The notes: generated by a model not told the origin, from the sequence alone. DNA of 64,000 nucleotides from Azolla caroliniana (GCA_043228905.1 JBHGNT010000008.1:18724001-18788000); one strand, 5' to 3'. Positions 34,201 to 48,000 are shown, counted from the stretch's first letter. Made by a program: numbers and translations.

Positions 34201-36661
34201 TTGCGCTCGACTACTCCGTTTTGTTGCAGAGTGTGTCGGCAAGTGAATTCTCGCTGAATTCCTTCCTTTCGAAGATACGTTGTGAAATCGTTCGAGAAGT
34301 ACTCCTTGCCGCCATCCGATCGAAGGCATCGTACATGTCGGCCCGTGGCTTTCTCGACTTCATTCTTGAAATTTTGGAAGTGTCCGAACACTTCGCTCTT
34401 TTGCCGCATCGGGTAGATCCAAGTGTGCCTAGAAAAGTCGTCGATGAATAGCACGTAATATCGGCATCCGCCGAATGTCGCCGTTTGAGCCGGACCCCAT
34501 ACATCGGAATGAATTACGTTGAGTACGCCTTTGCTCACATTCCGCTCTTTCGGAAATGGGTGTCGGTGTTGCTTGCCGAATTGGCACGCTTCGCATACAC
34601 CTTCAATCTCCTTCTCTTTGAATGTCGGGAGTGCGATGACGACTCCTTTCGATTTCATTGCTTTGAGTTTGTTGAGATTGATCTGGCCGATTCGCTTATG
34701 CCATAGCTCTATGTCGGAGTCAGCTTTCGTGCTTTTTGCGAACATGGCGGATTTCATCTCGTGCGAATCGAGAATGAACATCCGGCCCTCTCTTCTTCCA
34801 CGTGCGATGATTTGGCCTTCTTTTTCGATGAAACACCCTTCTTGGTCGAATCGTACTTGCATCCCTTGCTCAACCATTTGGCCGACTGAGACCAAATTCT
34901 TTGTGATGGTGGGTACATGCAAGACATTTTTAATGTATGTTTGCTTACCTCTTTCGCCGAACGGAACATTGCCGATGTGCCAAATCGGGTGCGTAGTGTC
35001 ATCACCGGTTTCGACATAACCGGGTCGCTCCGGCTCTTGAAGTTCGAGAAACCATTCTTTGTGGGATATCATATGGTTTGAGGCTTCGGAGTCAACAAAC
35101 CATACGTCCTCTGGATTGAGGGCACTAGTTGAGGTAGAGGCCGATATAGACTTTGCTCTATGTTTCATCATGAACATTCCGCCACGGTCGGAGTTGTATG
35201 CGTACATTCCGCTATACTCTTCATAGTCGGAATTGTGTGCGTAATTTGTGAGTTGTCAGCTTGTGGAAGCCGATTCACGCATCTTCTTTCGGCACTCTTC
35301 TTCGTGGTGGCCGAGCTTTCCGCAATATCCGCATTTGGTTGCGTTTTGACGGCTCGGGCCGGAGTGGAAGCTACCCCTTCTTGCGAAGGTTCCTCGTTGG
35401 CCTCCGTTTTGCGGCCGAAATTGGGAGTTGTTGTCGTAGGTCGGACCTCGTCCGCCTTGTCCTTGGCCGAATCGGCCTCTCGCTCGTCTGTGTCCTCTTC
35501 CTCCATTAGAGTGCGTGTAGAGCATGTGGCCTTCCGACTCATTGCTCCTTGTACGCACGTGGTTTTCTTCGACCAATAGCATTGATTGGAGCTCGAAGAA
35601 GGAGGGAGATTTCTCCCATGCTAGAATGGCGGTTCACATTGCGCCGAACCGTGGTGCGAGGCCGCCGAGGCATACTTGCACCATCTCATCATCATCTATA
35701 CTTACGCTTATTGAGCCAAGCGAGTCGCAAAGCTCTTTGATCTTCAAGGTGTATGTCGTGATGGACATATCCCTTTGTTGAATGTTGTTCAACTCTTGGC
35801 AGAGTTGAAGCTTCCTCGCGGTCGTGTTGGCGGCGAAAATCTTTCGTAGATTTTCTCACGCTTCCTTCGGCGTCTTGGCTTCTCGATTGTAACCGAGCAT
35901 GTGGTCGTGAACACATGTCGCCAAACAATACATCACGCGGCTTGCGGCTTGCTCCCATGTCGCATATCCGGGAGCCGCTTCGGCGGGTCGGTCTTCATGC
36001 GCTCCTTTGATGTAGCTCCAATAGCCTTGTTCGACAAGGTATTGGTGCATATTGTACTCCCAAGATGCGAAGTTGTTTCGATCTAACTTCTCGGTAGGGA
36101 GAGCGCTCCCCATTTGAGTATTCATTATATCGATTCTTCTTCTTCTTCTTCTCTCTTCGAATGCGAGCTATGTAGCGAAGCTACGATAGATATGAGCCGG
36201 TTCTTGGTCGTCGGTGTAGAGCACAACACACGATCACGATGAGGCGAATGGGCTAGATCAAGCTACCAACCTCTCTCTGATACCATGTAAAGAACTAAGA
36301 GATGGATTCTTGTGAAGCGGAATAGGTGTGAACTGTGTGTGTATATGAGAGAGAGAGAGAGAGAGAGACAAGGAGTATACGCAAGGTAGATTGTATTAAC
36401 AAAGGAGAAAGACACGACAACATACAAGGTGGGAGGAGGGTGCTTTATGTAGTCACCCTCTCTCTTCATTAACTACAAGCCTCATGGAGCATGGGGAATG
36501 TGAAAGCTCATAAGTTATGTGTCATAGAATGTGATTCTATGACTCATACTAAATGCTAGAATACAAAGTGGTGACATAATGGTGACTCTTGATCATTGGA
36601 GTGTCTCTTCACTCTCAAGGTGAGTTCACACACTAGACCAAGTTGATCTTGATTCTCAACA
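31260..36661 (-). mobile_element. Copia C: full-length Copia of a different family, inserted in the 5' LTR of Copia B
   Basis: TSD ACAAA (31255-31259/36662-36666); 3' LTR 31260-31633, 5' LTR 36286-36661 (about 6 substitutions plus one GA indel); PBS 36275-36285; PPT 31634-31643. Confidence 0.97.
31845..36125 (-). pseudogene. Copia C gag-pol polyprotein, disrupted
   Basis: ORF pieces with gag (EKLDRNNFASW), CGYCGKLGHHEEEC, WFVDSEAS, LWHKRIG, IHSDVWGP, YVDDLV, TDADWAG and CDNMSSI. Confidence 0.93.
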
Positions 36662-37184
36662 ACAAATATAGCCCCGATGGACTCTCAGAAACATATTTAC
36701 GAATATGTCCCTTCATCCGGTGAGCACTCCTCACCGGGCCTGTATCATCCGGCGCTTGCCGGGCACTCATCATCCGGTTCTCACCGGGTCTTCCGTTTCT
36801 GGGTACTCCTCATCCGGTTCTTACCGGTTCTTCCCATCCGGAGGGACCTGTTTCCTAACAGTTGTTGCAATGCTACAATGGTTGCTTCACGTTGTTGCTT
36901 TTCTAAAGAGATTTGTTGAAGATCCCCCAACAATCGTTGATTTTCTTGTTCCAAATGCGACAAACTTTTCTTTCAAGCATTGCCTCCGAGAAAACGGATT
37001 GATATTCTTGAGCGCTAACAGTTGCCATAATATTGGAGGAAGGAGGGATAAGATGATTAGTATGAAGGGAGGGAGGAGTAAAAAGATAGACCGAATTCGG
37101 TTCAAACTGGCAAGAATAGTACTAAAGACGGAGAGGGAATTAGTACTAGAGGTAGAGGAGGATGAGTACTAGGGAATTGAAATA

Positions 37185-39125
37185 TTTCATTGTGTCAAAA
37201 CCCAAGGAGCCCTATGAGATTTAGGGGTACATCTATCAAGCTTATTTGAGCTTAGAGGTGTGATTTTGAACCAAACTTTTCTAAGGATGCTCTTGATGCA
37301 AGAATATTTTTTAAGAAACTCCAAGATGGTTCCAAAAGAAACCCCTACATTCTTAAATATATGCATAAGATCTAATAAATAACAGATCTTTAAATGTTTC
37401 AAATATCTCAAATGTAAACCATATAGACATATTGGGTTCCATCCCTCTTTTGTTTGATGCACGTTTATATTGATAATGGCTATCATCACCAAGAATCTCC
37501 ACATCCATGTCAATTAGAGGTCCATAGTCTACTTCCCATACCAATAATGTAGGTTTTGTTGAATGGGTGGTCTTCCTTGCTTGATTTTCCCATCAAAATG
37601 ATGTGCTTGGGTTTTAATGTGTAGAGAGCGATCTTCGAGCCAAAATCATCCATGTCATAAACAATTTCATTTAAAGATTTACAATAGGTTGATCTCAACC
37701 AATCACCACACAAGGGGCAAGCCTTATCACCTCTTGTCCTTAGAATTGAGTAGAACCCATTTGCAAGGTAATCATAAATAGTCCATATTACGATCCCACA
37801 AAGTTTTTAAGGCATGTTGTCATTTTGTTTTAGGCACATCAATGAAATCTATACCGCTCCATAAATCTTGTAGGTGATGAATAGGACGTTGTCGCGTTGT
37901 TACGCGCGTGCGTGGAGAAAGGCGGGACCACGAGGGTCTTGGACTAGAGAGGGATGGAGCGTAAGAAGTCGTGCTTCACTGCTTCTGGGGCATCTCAGAA
38001 ACACACCGGAAGCAACCGAAGGGAGAGAGAGCGAGAGAGAGAGAGAGCGTGCTTAACACCGACTCACGCACACACACGCACACACAGCCCGACCCTTCTC
38101 ACGCCCTTATGTACAGGAAACGCAGGAAAGGGGGAGCACCCGACACCAACATAGACGCGAATATACACAGACAGACGCAAACATATATATATGTATAAAC
38201 AGAAGAATACAATCCCGGCTTCGACCCGGACTGGGGTAGGTTAAGTAGTCGTTTGCTGCCAAGCCGCCGTCGGGGAGCTCTCAGCTCGTCGCGCCGAGCG
38301 GGGTCTTGCATAGGAGATGGGCTGAAGCAAACCCTAAACGAACACGAAGGAGAAGAAGAAGAAGAAGCTAACTCTAAACCTAACGGTATACCCTCTAATG
38401 CAAAATGGGCAACCCTTTTACAAAGGGCGTTCCCTTCCTTTTATAGAGCAAGGAAAGGGAGGCATTACAATGCAGGACAAATCCCGACTTACATGGGATC
38501 GTCTGTCCCGACTTGACTACTCTTCGGCGCCATAAAGGCGCCCTCGATATTCACACTAAATGTACATGGGTGCGTACACACGCTGCACCCCACCGATGTA
38601 GCCAATGTTTCCCGGTTTTCGCCTCTGGCCGAAATTCTTCACGACAACGTGTTAATTATATGATTAAATTCTTAACTTTTCTCCCTACACTAATAAAAGG
38701 TTCTAAGTATATGTTTAAATCCTCAACCTGCCTCTTTGCTTGGATTAACAAGATAATATTAAGTGATATTGTTTTGTTCCTAGTCATATGCTGGTTAATT
38801 GTATTGATTACAATGATGGACCAAGTTGACAAATTTGATGATTGCATAAAAAATAATTCATACTCTCTAGTCGTACACCTAGTTTTATGTTTCTTTGCTT
38901 GGTTTTAAAATCTAGCCACCTATTATCGATATATTTAAATGTAGGACAATCAATTGGAATCCTTATAACGCCGTTGGTACTCACATTCATCAAATGCCAA
39001 TTCATTAATTTTGAGAGCTAGAGCGTACAGAAATGGGAAATATCATAATATCTCCCTAAGTGTATTACAATCCTTATGATGTGATGATCCAAAAACATGA
39101 TAAGCGGTAGACATTTCATACTCAC
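37185..39125 (-). mobile_element. Degenerate CACTA/En-Spm transposase (Transposase_21-like) remnant
   Basis: Minus-strand fragments GVIRIPIDCPTFKYIDNRW..RNIKLG, STWSII, QVEDLNIYLEPFI, LQDLWSG, CPLCG and LLDLMHIFKNV resemble En/Spm TnpD motifs; no CACTA termini found. Confidence 0.75.
37890..38646. mobile_element. Solo LTR (757 bp, GC-richer) inside the CACTA remnant
   Basis: TGTCG...CGACA termini; flanking direct repeat ACGT (37886-37889/38647-38650). Confidence 0.8.
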
Positions 39126-39129
39126 CTTT

Positions 39130-39830
39130 AAAAACCAATCATCAATTTGTTGTTGGTACACTTATGTATGTTATGATAACACCTAGGCCAAACATTGCAT
39201 TTGCAATGGGAGTTGTGACTGGACTCTTATCGAATCTTAGTAAGAAACGTTAGGAAACGGTCAAAATTATGTTGAGATACCTAAGTGGCACTAAGGATAA
39301 GTGACTATGTTTGGGTGTTAGTGATATATATATGTATGTATGTATATGTATATGTATGGGTACATAGATTCTGACTACATTGGATGTTTTGACAATAGGA
39401 AGTTTGCCTAGGGTATATTTTTCAGTTTATAGGAGGTGCCATCTCTTGGAGATCTTGTCTTCAAGAAGTTGAGAATATGTTACAACTAGTGAGGCATGTA
39501 AGGAAGCTATATGGCTCTCTAACTACCTTGTGACAACTTGTATCTAGATTGCTTTGTGATAGTCAAAGTGCCATTCCTTTGCTTAAGAATCCGGTCTATC
39601 ATGCGATGACCAAGCACATTGGAGAGCAATATCATTCCATCCAGGAATGTATACCTAATGGTTGCATTAGCCTTGAGAAGGTTGTTTGTCAAGAAAATGT
39701 CACATATGCAGTGACCAAAGCCTTATCACATGATGCATTGGAGCATTGTTGTCACTTGATGGATGCTAGTTAATACAATCTTCCCATCATATTTGTAAGT
39801 TTTGTCCTTTGGTGGGAGATTATCACATAT
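39130..39830 (+). mobile_element. Old Copia RT/RNaseH remnant
   Basis: VGTLMYVMITPRPNIAFAMGVV, LRYLSGT and CDSQSAIPLLKNPVYHAMTKHI motifs; PPT-like GGTGGGAGA ~39811. Confidence 0.85.
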
Positions 39831-40463
39831 AGGGTGTGAAAAAAGGAAAAAAATGAAATAGAGTAAAAAACACTATTGTTTGCGTAAGATAGAAAAGTGA
39901 GAAAATGTTGTGGAATTGGTCGCACAAAAAGACAATAGAAGATTACATTATAGCTTTCCTCAGTTGTCTTCTTTTTTTGACAATAGACTTGCATTTTTGG
40001 TGCCAATAGGAATGCCAACTCCTTTGGTAAGTGTGAGAAGTAAAGCAAACATTAGTATGTACATTGTTTTTTGTTAAACTTCACAGTCATCCTTTGTCTC
40101 TCAAATCTTTCTCAATTTAGATTTCCACTGGTGGTTCCATGTCCCAAATTCAATGCATTTAATTTTGGGGTATTTAATGAGGGAGAAAAACAAGATGGAC
40201 AATAATAAAAAAACACTAAAATCCTACAAATATTTGAGGAAAGACAAGAAATATGAGGGTTAATAAATGAAGTCTCATTTGATTACAAATTAGGGGAACT
40301 ATTCAAAAGTTAGGATAACAACTAAAAAACAATTACATGTGCTTACATAATCGGGCTAAAATCCATTATAGCCAACTTTTAAAGGAGTTGTGTTCTTGGA
40401 AACAAAGTTTGTGATCATCACACATTGTTATAATGGTTTACCTTTGGGGACATTTCAAATTCA

Positions 40464-40542
40464 TTCCACATTATTATCCGACCAAACTCAATTACTCAAT
40501 TCCACATTATTATCCGACCAAACTCAATTCCACATTATTATC
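40464..40542. repeat. Short tandem repeat (ttccacattattatccgaccaaactcaa, ~2.5 copies)
   Basis: Directly visible. Confidence 0.85.
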
Positions 40543-42066
40543 TAATGTCATTACTCAATTCCAAACATGCTGCATGAACATAGTTCACTTTTGGTCTAGA
40601 AGTTCTTATTCAATCTCCAAGAAGGATACTAAAAACTATCTACCTCACTATAGGTCACCTCTCACTCATATAATCTTTCAGTAGAACTCCCCAATGATTA
40701 GGGAGCATCAAATATACCAATGAGGATGGCAAGATCATGGAAGATAGTTAGAAAGAACTAATTATTAAGGAGGGTTCACATTACCTATTGTTTTTTATGT
40801 TGATGCACGTGATGCCTAACCTACTATTCAAAATAGGATGAAAAAATACATCTTACATAAACTCCTTGATGTATTTTCTAATACCATTTGAGTTATGATT
40901 CTTTCAAAAATTGATCAAATATTTAAGTTTCTTGTAGATGAGATCAATCACTTCTGAAGGGTTCCACTTGCTAAGGCTCCACTTATTCACAAATATAGAA
41001 TTACTAAACTATCCTAAGAGAACTACAATGATCTCTTTTACATAAGACAACAAGTCCCTAGATCCCTTACTCACGGTTATCTTAGATAAGCAGTCTATTG
41101 CTAAGTCAAGAAATGAGAATTCTTAGATCTTCAACTTTTTCATGTGAAAAAATTAACAAATACCCACGTTTTTCAAAATCTCCTTTATGCAGTAGAAATT
41201 TACTAAAATAGATCTATTTGTAAGCAGGAAAAATTTACAAACCTATACCTTTTGATGCTATCTCCAAAAAAATGACAAATGAAAACATGACGAATATTAC
41301 CCAAAAGGTGCACAGGAAGACATTTCTATACTTCAAACATTAGCTTGTTCAAGGTTGTCCAAATTGATGGACGAGTACTAACAGCGTACTGGAAAAACTT
41401 CACCCTTTGCTCATATCTATTAAAATGAGCGTAAGATGCATATGAATGCTAAGTTAAAACACAATTATTATTCTTCGGAAACCAATGCAGAAGATGATAA
41501 GCCATTAAAGTTGTAAGCCCCATTAAAAAATGATAAGTGTTGGTACATTGTTACATCCCAAGCATTTAAGTTTTTTTGGCTTGATGAATTGCGATGCTAG
41601 GGCAGTTTGTTATTCTAATTCTATTCAGCAAAAAAGTATGCCCCTCCAGTGATTTCAATTCTGAGAGCTCATTGCCATTTTACCTTTTCTAAAGCTGACA
41701 AGAAAATGGCTTGTCAATACCTACGATCTGCTGGAAACCTATCAAATGTAGAGAATTGAGTGGAGCAGAGAATTAAGGTCTCATAAGAGAACGTATTCTT
41801 CCAAATCATAGATCTATGAATGCTGTGTTTATGTTGAGCAGAAGGCTGTGGGAGCATTACAGGATCTTGGATATAAGAATGTTGGCAATGTTAGCATGAG
41901 AAATAAATAGACTCATCGTTAATGTGACAGATTGAAGTAAAAAGGAATCTTGCAAAACTCCAACCCCATGAAGCAACCAATTTCATTTAAGCATTGATAA
42001 TTTTGTTTTGAGTGGCAATCAGTTACCAATCCACGACTATGGGCATAGTCATCACAGATGCAATCC

Positions 42067-45000
42067 TTAGTCAATCTTTTCAAGGCTCTGTCTAGTATAC
42101 TCCCAAATAGCGATGGCTCCACTCACATGCACATTAAGGGATCGAATAACTCCAAGCTGTGGGATTTCCAGACATTCATCTAGTATTTGAATTATTTCGA
42201 TAGGAATGCCTTCTTTTTCCTTACCCAAAACAAGAATCTGCATAGAAAACGGAGGCAATATTAGATTCTATTTATACCCAACATCTCTAGCAACTATGGA
42301 TCCTTAAGATACACATACAGTTCGCTTCGGAAAGTTGTACTTATGAATTGAGACACTGTTGGCAGTTTGCTCCAGCCCAACGACTACATATCCTTCCTTC
42401 TTCATGGCAGTCAAATATTCCTGGAGACTTTCCTCAGGCACTTCCTTTAAAGGGACCCACATTTCTGCAGTAACACTAAATGAAAACAAAAATTAATAAA
42501 TAACAGAAACAAGATCAGGGTGTCATCATATGCTGAAAGATTGTGACCATCATGTGAATGCTGAAAGATTCACAATGAATGACAAAATCATGGTATTTAT
42601 CGCCTTTCAACCTAAAATTGATACCTTTTACAGATGATATAAGAGAAGCAGGTCCAAAAGTCTTTGGACATGCCTGGTAGATATGTATTTTATTCTCTGT
42701 ATATCTGATGCATATGATGCTCTAGCTTTGGAATTCCATCCTCTCTACCCTAGTCCTTGGACGACTCAATCACCCCTCTACACTATATAATATCTGCCCT
42801 GGACAACGAAACTGAGGCTGCAATGCCAACTAATATGAAAACATAGGTAGCATATTTGTCTGGGAAAGCTTTGGACATATGGAAAGGTCATGCCTCTGAT
42901 TTCTAATAAACAAATGTTTCTGCAATCCAGTATTGAGATCCCGACTCCTACTCATGCTACAGGTCAATGAAGGGCTACACAAATGGGCTCCCAACCAAGA
43001 CATTGCAAAGGAGTTACAATAGATCAGGCAATAGCATTTTTTCGTGCATGTGGACCAGCATCTCCCATCACAAGCGATTCTAGTGATTTTTCAAAGATAA
43101 AAGTTACAATGTATCTGATTGACTTGAGAATCTTCCATCTGTAGATGAAGAGATTCTTTAGTAAAGTCTTCTTCTATTTCTATTTACCTTTTCACTTAGT
43201 TACATTTATTTTGGTTTATTGTTCACAAAGTTGAGACAACATGTTTAAGATGTAATCTCTTGTTTCGTCGTATAGGCCATTTTGTTGACATATTTTGGTA
43301 GTGATGTGTGTGAACACACTTAGGACAGTGATGTGTGAGCACACTTAGGATAGTGATGTGTGTGAACACATTTAGGACACTAATGTGTGAACACACTTAG
43401 GACAATGATGTGTGTGAACACACTTAGGACTACAGGGGCATTTTTTCCCTCTTTAGGAGGTTTTTTCCCCCTGTCTAAAAATACTCTTAGAACCCTGAAG
43501 TGGTGAAGCTTTAGGGTGAAGCTTTTGGGGATTCAAAGCAAGAACCCAACAGTGGTATCAGAGCTACAAAGCGACATTTGAGCAGCAACACAACGGCTCT
43601 CATAGGCAGTCCGTCTGTGCCATCTGTGGTGGCATTTTTCTGCTGTTGAAAAAACCAATTTCTGCGTGTTTTCTTCCTCTGCGCAGTTTCAATTGTGTCT
43701 TTTTTTTCTGCTTCCAAGTTGATTCAATCCTAGAAAAAGCCTCCTTGAGTCTTCCAAGACATTCCTATAACCCTCAGAAATCAGATTTGCTTCCCTTTTC
43801 TCTTCACTTGTTCATCTTTCAAGTCAAAGAGGTATGCTATTCCCTTTAGTAGTCCATTTTTTACATCAAGATGTGTTCAGTCCACGGCCATGGCTGAGAT
43901 CAATGATGTATTTCGGATGCTTGCTGTTGAGGATAAACTAGATGGAACAAATTACCCTCTTTGGGCTTATATGATGCACCATGTATTAGTAGCAAAGGGG
44001 TTGTGGAATGTGGTTCAAGGGGCTGGAAAACGTCCTGTTGTTGAGAACACAAATGTTGATGGTACTGATTCTGTTGAGGATGTTGATCATCCTGCTGATG
44101 CCCATGCTACAGTTTCTATTGTACGAACTGCAGAGCAACTTCGTTGGGATGGCAGAGATGCTCAGGCACATGCTTTGATAGCTTTGTCTGTGAAGCGTGC
44201 CATTATTCCCCATATTCGCTCTTGCAAGACAGCAAAGGATGCTTAGGATACTCTTACCACTTTGTACCAAGCAAGAAATGAGGCTCGTGTTGCTATGGAC
44301 AATTTTCTTACAAAAATCAAAGATTTCAAGGAACAATTATTTCTGCTGATGAAATGATACCAGATAGTTCACTTGTGCAGACCGTTCTAAATGGTCTTCC
44401 TGATTCATATCAGACTTTTGCTTCTACTCTTCGTTTAATGATGAAAGGCAATCCCAATGCCTTATCATTGGAGGAGCTAGTCTCTGTTTTGTTACAGGAA
44501 GATCAATCTAGGCAAAATAGGTCTATTATGCGTGTTGCAGATCAAGCTTTCCTAGCTACTCAGAAGGGCAAAGGTAAATGGAACTCTTCTGCTAACAAGC
44601 AAAGATTTGCTAATAATTCACAAGTGAATGAAAAAAACAAGAGCAGAAACAAAAACTATTTTCTGCACCAAACACAGAGTCTGCAAATCTTGTGCAGAAT
44701 GAAGAATGGGCATTTACTACTGTTTGTAGTTTTGATCCATCTTCACTTGAACAATGTATGTCTGTTGTACAATCAGATGTTTGGTACTTCGACAGTGGGG
44801 CAACCAAACATATTACCTTGCAGCACAATTTCTTCACTTCATTGGAGCCTGCCCCTACAGGGAATACTATCACATGTGCCAACAACTCATCTTATCCAGT
44901 TATGGGTGTTGGTAAGATCATTTTGACTACTGTTGATGGTAGTCCTTTCATCTTGTTAGATGCTTTGTTTGTGCCAGGGATCAAGAAAAATCTGTTGTCA

Positions 45001-48000
45001 GTTTCAGCATTAGCCAAGGTTCGCTTGATTGTTAAATTTGTTGATGACAGGTGTACAGTTCATGATCTGTCCAATGGGGATGTTATTATTGCTTCTAGCA
45101 TTTTATGTTGTGGGCTGTATAAGCTCGTAGATTATGAATGATCTATAAATGATTCAGCTTGTGCAATACAGGATTCTCAAGCTATTTCAAATGTAAAGAT
45201 TTGGCATGCACGCTTTGGTCATCTGAATTTTGCAAGTTTGCTTCGCCTGTAGAAATCTGAAATGGTGTCCTCGCCCAAACTTGAGGCACCTCGGAAGCAT
45301 GCTTGTGAAGGCTGCATTTTGGGCAAAATGCAGCGTTCATCCTTTCCAAAAGATGGTTCAGTTCGAGCTACGCAGAAATTGCAGCTTGTTCATAGTGATG
45401 TCATTGGTCCTATGCAGACACATTCTCTTGGGAACTATCTTTGTTTTGTGACTTTCATTCATGACTTTTCTAGGCATGCATGGGTATATCCATTGAAGGC
45501 AAAGTAGGAAGTGTTTCTGTGCTTCAAACAATTTCTAGCTTATGAGTTTAATGCATTTCTGGCTGAACGTGGGATAAAACATCAGTGTACAATGCCGTAT
45601 ACACCTCAACAAAATGGAGTTGCTGAAAGAAAGAATAGGTCACTCATGGAAATGGCGAGGTGTATGGTCAAAAGTCAGGCCTTACCACATAGTTTCTGGC
45701 TTGAGGCTGTCATGTGTGCAGCATATGTACTTAACAGGTGTCCCACTAAAGCCCTGCACTCTATCACTCCATATGAAGCTTGGCATGGCCAAAAGCCATC
45801 TGTTGCTCATCTGCGTGTTTTTGGTTATTTGGCATATGCATTAGTGCCTAAACAACAACACAAAAAATTGGATGATAAAGCAGTGAAATGTATTTTTGTA
45901 GGATATAGTTCTGAAAGGCTATCGTCTGTATCATCCACAATCTAAATGCATTTTGGTTAGCCGTGATGTTGTTTTTGTGTAGGATGCAATTCAGCCACTT
46001 CTTTCATGTACGAAGGAGACATCAATTAGGTCCAAAGATGTGTATGACACTTTGTTGCCTCTGTTTACAAGTAGACAATTAAGTGTTGACCCACTTGAGG
46101 CACCTTCTCAGCCTTTGGACGCTACTCATAATGATGCAGATCATTCCATTTCTGATGCAGATCATTCTATTTCTGATGCAGACTTACATGATGCACTTAT
46201 TAATGAGAGGGCTGATATAGAGGAGGCAAAGACTGTGCCTAGATGGCTGTTGCAGACTTTGCAAGACAGTAAATTGGATTTTCCTTTGCCATACCATACT
46301 CGTTCAAGTTATCATAGTGCTTCTTTTGCATCAGATTGTTATGCAATGGCTGCCTCTAGTCTTTGCAATGAGAGTGAGACTGTTTCTTTTGATGAAGCAC
46401 AAAATTTAGAAAATTGGATGGCTGCTATGCAATCAGAATATGAAGACTGGTACATGGTCTTTATGTGACTTGCCTCCTGGCAAGAAGGCTATTGGCACTA
46501 AGTGGGTATATAAGCTAAAGCGTAAACCTAATGGAACAATTCACAAGTATAAGGCTAGGCTTGTTGCAAAAGGTTATGCCCAAGAAAAAGGCATTGATTT
46601 TGATGAGACCTTTGCTCCCACCTGCCGTATGACTACTGTTCGTAGCATATGTGCAATTGCAGCTCATCGTGGTTGGAATGTACATCAGTTGGACATTAAA
46701 ACAGCATTTTTAAATGGTGATCTTCATTAGGAAGTGTATGTATCCCAGCCCCGTGGTTTTGTGCAAAAAGGGCATAAACACAAAGTGTGTAGGTTGCGAA
46801 AGGCATTATATGGGTTGAAGCAAGCACCACATTCTTGGTATGAAAAGATACATGCCTATTTGATTGCAATTGGGTTTGAGAATAGTCCAACTGAAAGCAC
46901 CTTATATGTTAAGCGTGTTGATGTGTTTCTGATCATGGTTGTGTATGTCGATGATATGTTGCTCACTGGTCCCAATGAGAAGCATATTGCTTGCTGACTT
47001 TAAGGCTGATTTGCATGCCTCTTTTGAGATGTCAGATTTGGGGCATTTGCATCATTATTTGGGCATTCAATTTATGCAAGTTGATGGTGGATTAGCATTG
47101 TGTCAAATCAAAATACATTGACACATTATTGCAGCGTTTTGGCCTTGAAGATTGTAAACCTATTGCCACTCCCATGGAGACAGGTTTACGTTTGAGCCTT
47201 CATGATGCTGGAGATGCATTTGATGCTGTTCTCTATCAGCAAGCAGTTGGATGCTTGATTTACTTATGCATAACCCGACCTGACATTCAGTTTGCTGTCT
47301 CTCAGATGGGCAGGTTTATGCATTGCCCAAGAGTTAAGCATTGGCAGGCAGTTAAGCGCATCTTTCGCTACTTGAGTGGTACCCGGTCACTTGGGTTGTT
47401 TTATCCCAAGGGGGGATCACTACCGCCAGACCTGCATGCTTTTTCTGACTCTGATTGGGCTGGTTGTTATGACACTCGTGTGTCCACAAGTGGTTTTTGC
47501 TTCATGCTTGGTAGCTCATGCATATCTTGGTTGAGCAAGAAGCAGCCTACTATGGCCACTTCTAGTTGTGAGGCTGAGTATAGGGCAGCTTTCACAGCTA
47601 CAGTTGAGTGTGTGTGGCTCAGACGCCTTTTAGCTGATTTGAGTGTTGGTCAGTCTTCTGCCACCACCATCTTCATTGACAGTCAAAGCGCAATGGCAGT
47701 TGCGAGAAACCCTGTGTTCCATGCTCGCACTACGCACATTGAGGTGCATTATCACTATATCAGGGAAAGGTTCTCCGCTGGAGAGATCAGTTTGGCTTAT
47801 GTGCCCACGCAGGAGAACATTGCAGACCTCTTCACAAAGGCTCTGCCTAGGGAGAAGTTTGAAGTTTTCCGCAAAGCTTTAGGCCTAATCCCATTTGTGG
47901 ATTCATCTCTATCCACATAGCTTGGCACTTGTTTAACCATGAGTGTCAGCTCCTTGTTCACCGCATCACTCCCAAGGGGGATTTGTTGACATATTTTGGT

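Larger units (their letters stand above)
25500..36860 (-). mobile_element. Copia B: full-length Copia, sister of A, inserted in Gypsy gag, both LTRs interrupted
   Basis: TSD GTTGT (25495-25499/36861-36865); 3' LTR 25500-26757; PPT 26760-26769; PBS 30829-30840; 5' LTR 30844-31259 + 36667-36860; gag-pol fragments in ORFs 30439-30885, 29959-30414, 29139-30266, 28629-29063 and 26905-28722. Confidence 0.97.
16732..37100 (-). mobile_element. Chromovirus-type Gypsy retrotransposon, RT/RNaseH deleted, split by nested Copia A and B; 5' LTR not found
   Basis: 3' LTR ~16732-17047; G-run PPT 17051-17062; chromodomain (YEVAAILDSKMIRNKLYYLVYW...ERTWEP) 17040-17459; integrase (GHFG, CDTC, SISLDFI, HPQTDGQAE) 17470-18530; protease ALLDSK ~19150; zinc knuckle CLYC...H...C ~19380-19430; gag pieces at 19450-19887, 25281-25494 (PMKFNGTQSQFRGF, LAWF) and 36861-36963 (coiled-coil N-terminus). 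Confidence 0.88.

Noticed and set aside
41919-42122. Small ORF overlapping the TRM3 end
   Set aside because: Alternate frame running into the 3' UTR; no recognisable product.
43300-43430. CRISPR-like array of short palindromic repeats
   Set aside because: No unique spacers, no cas genes, eukaryotic LTR context.
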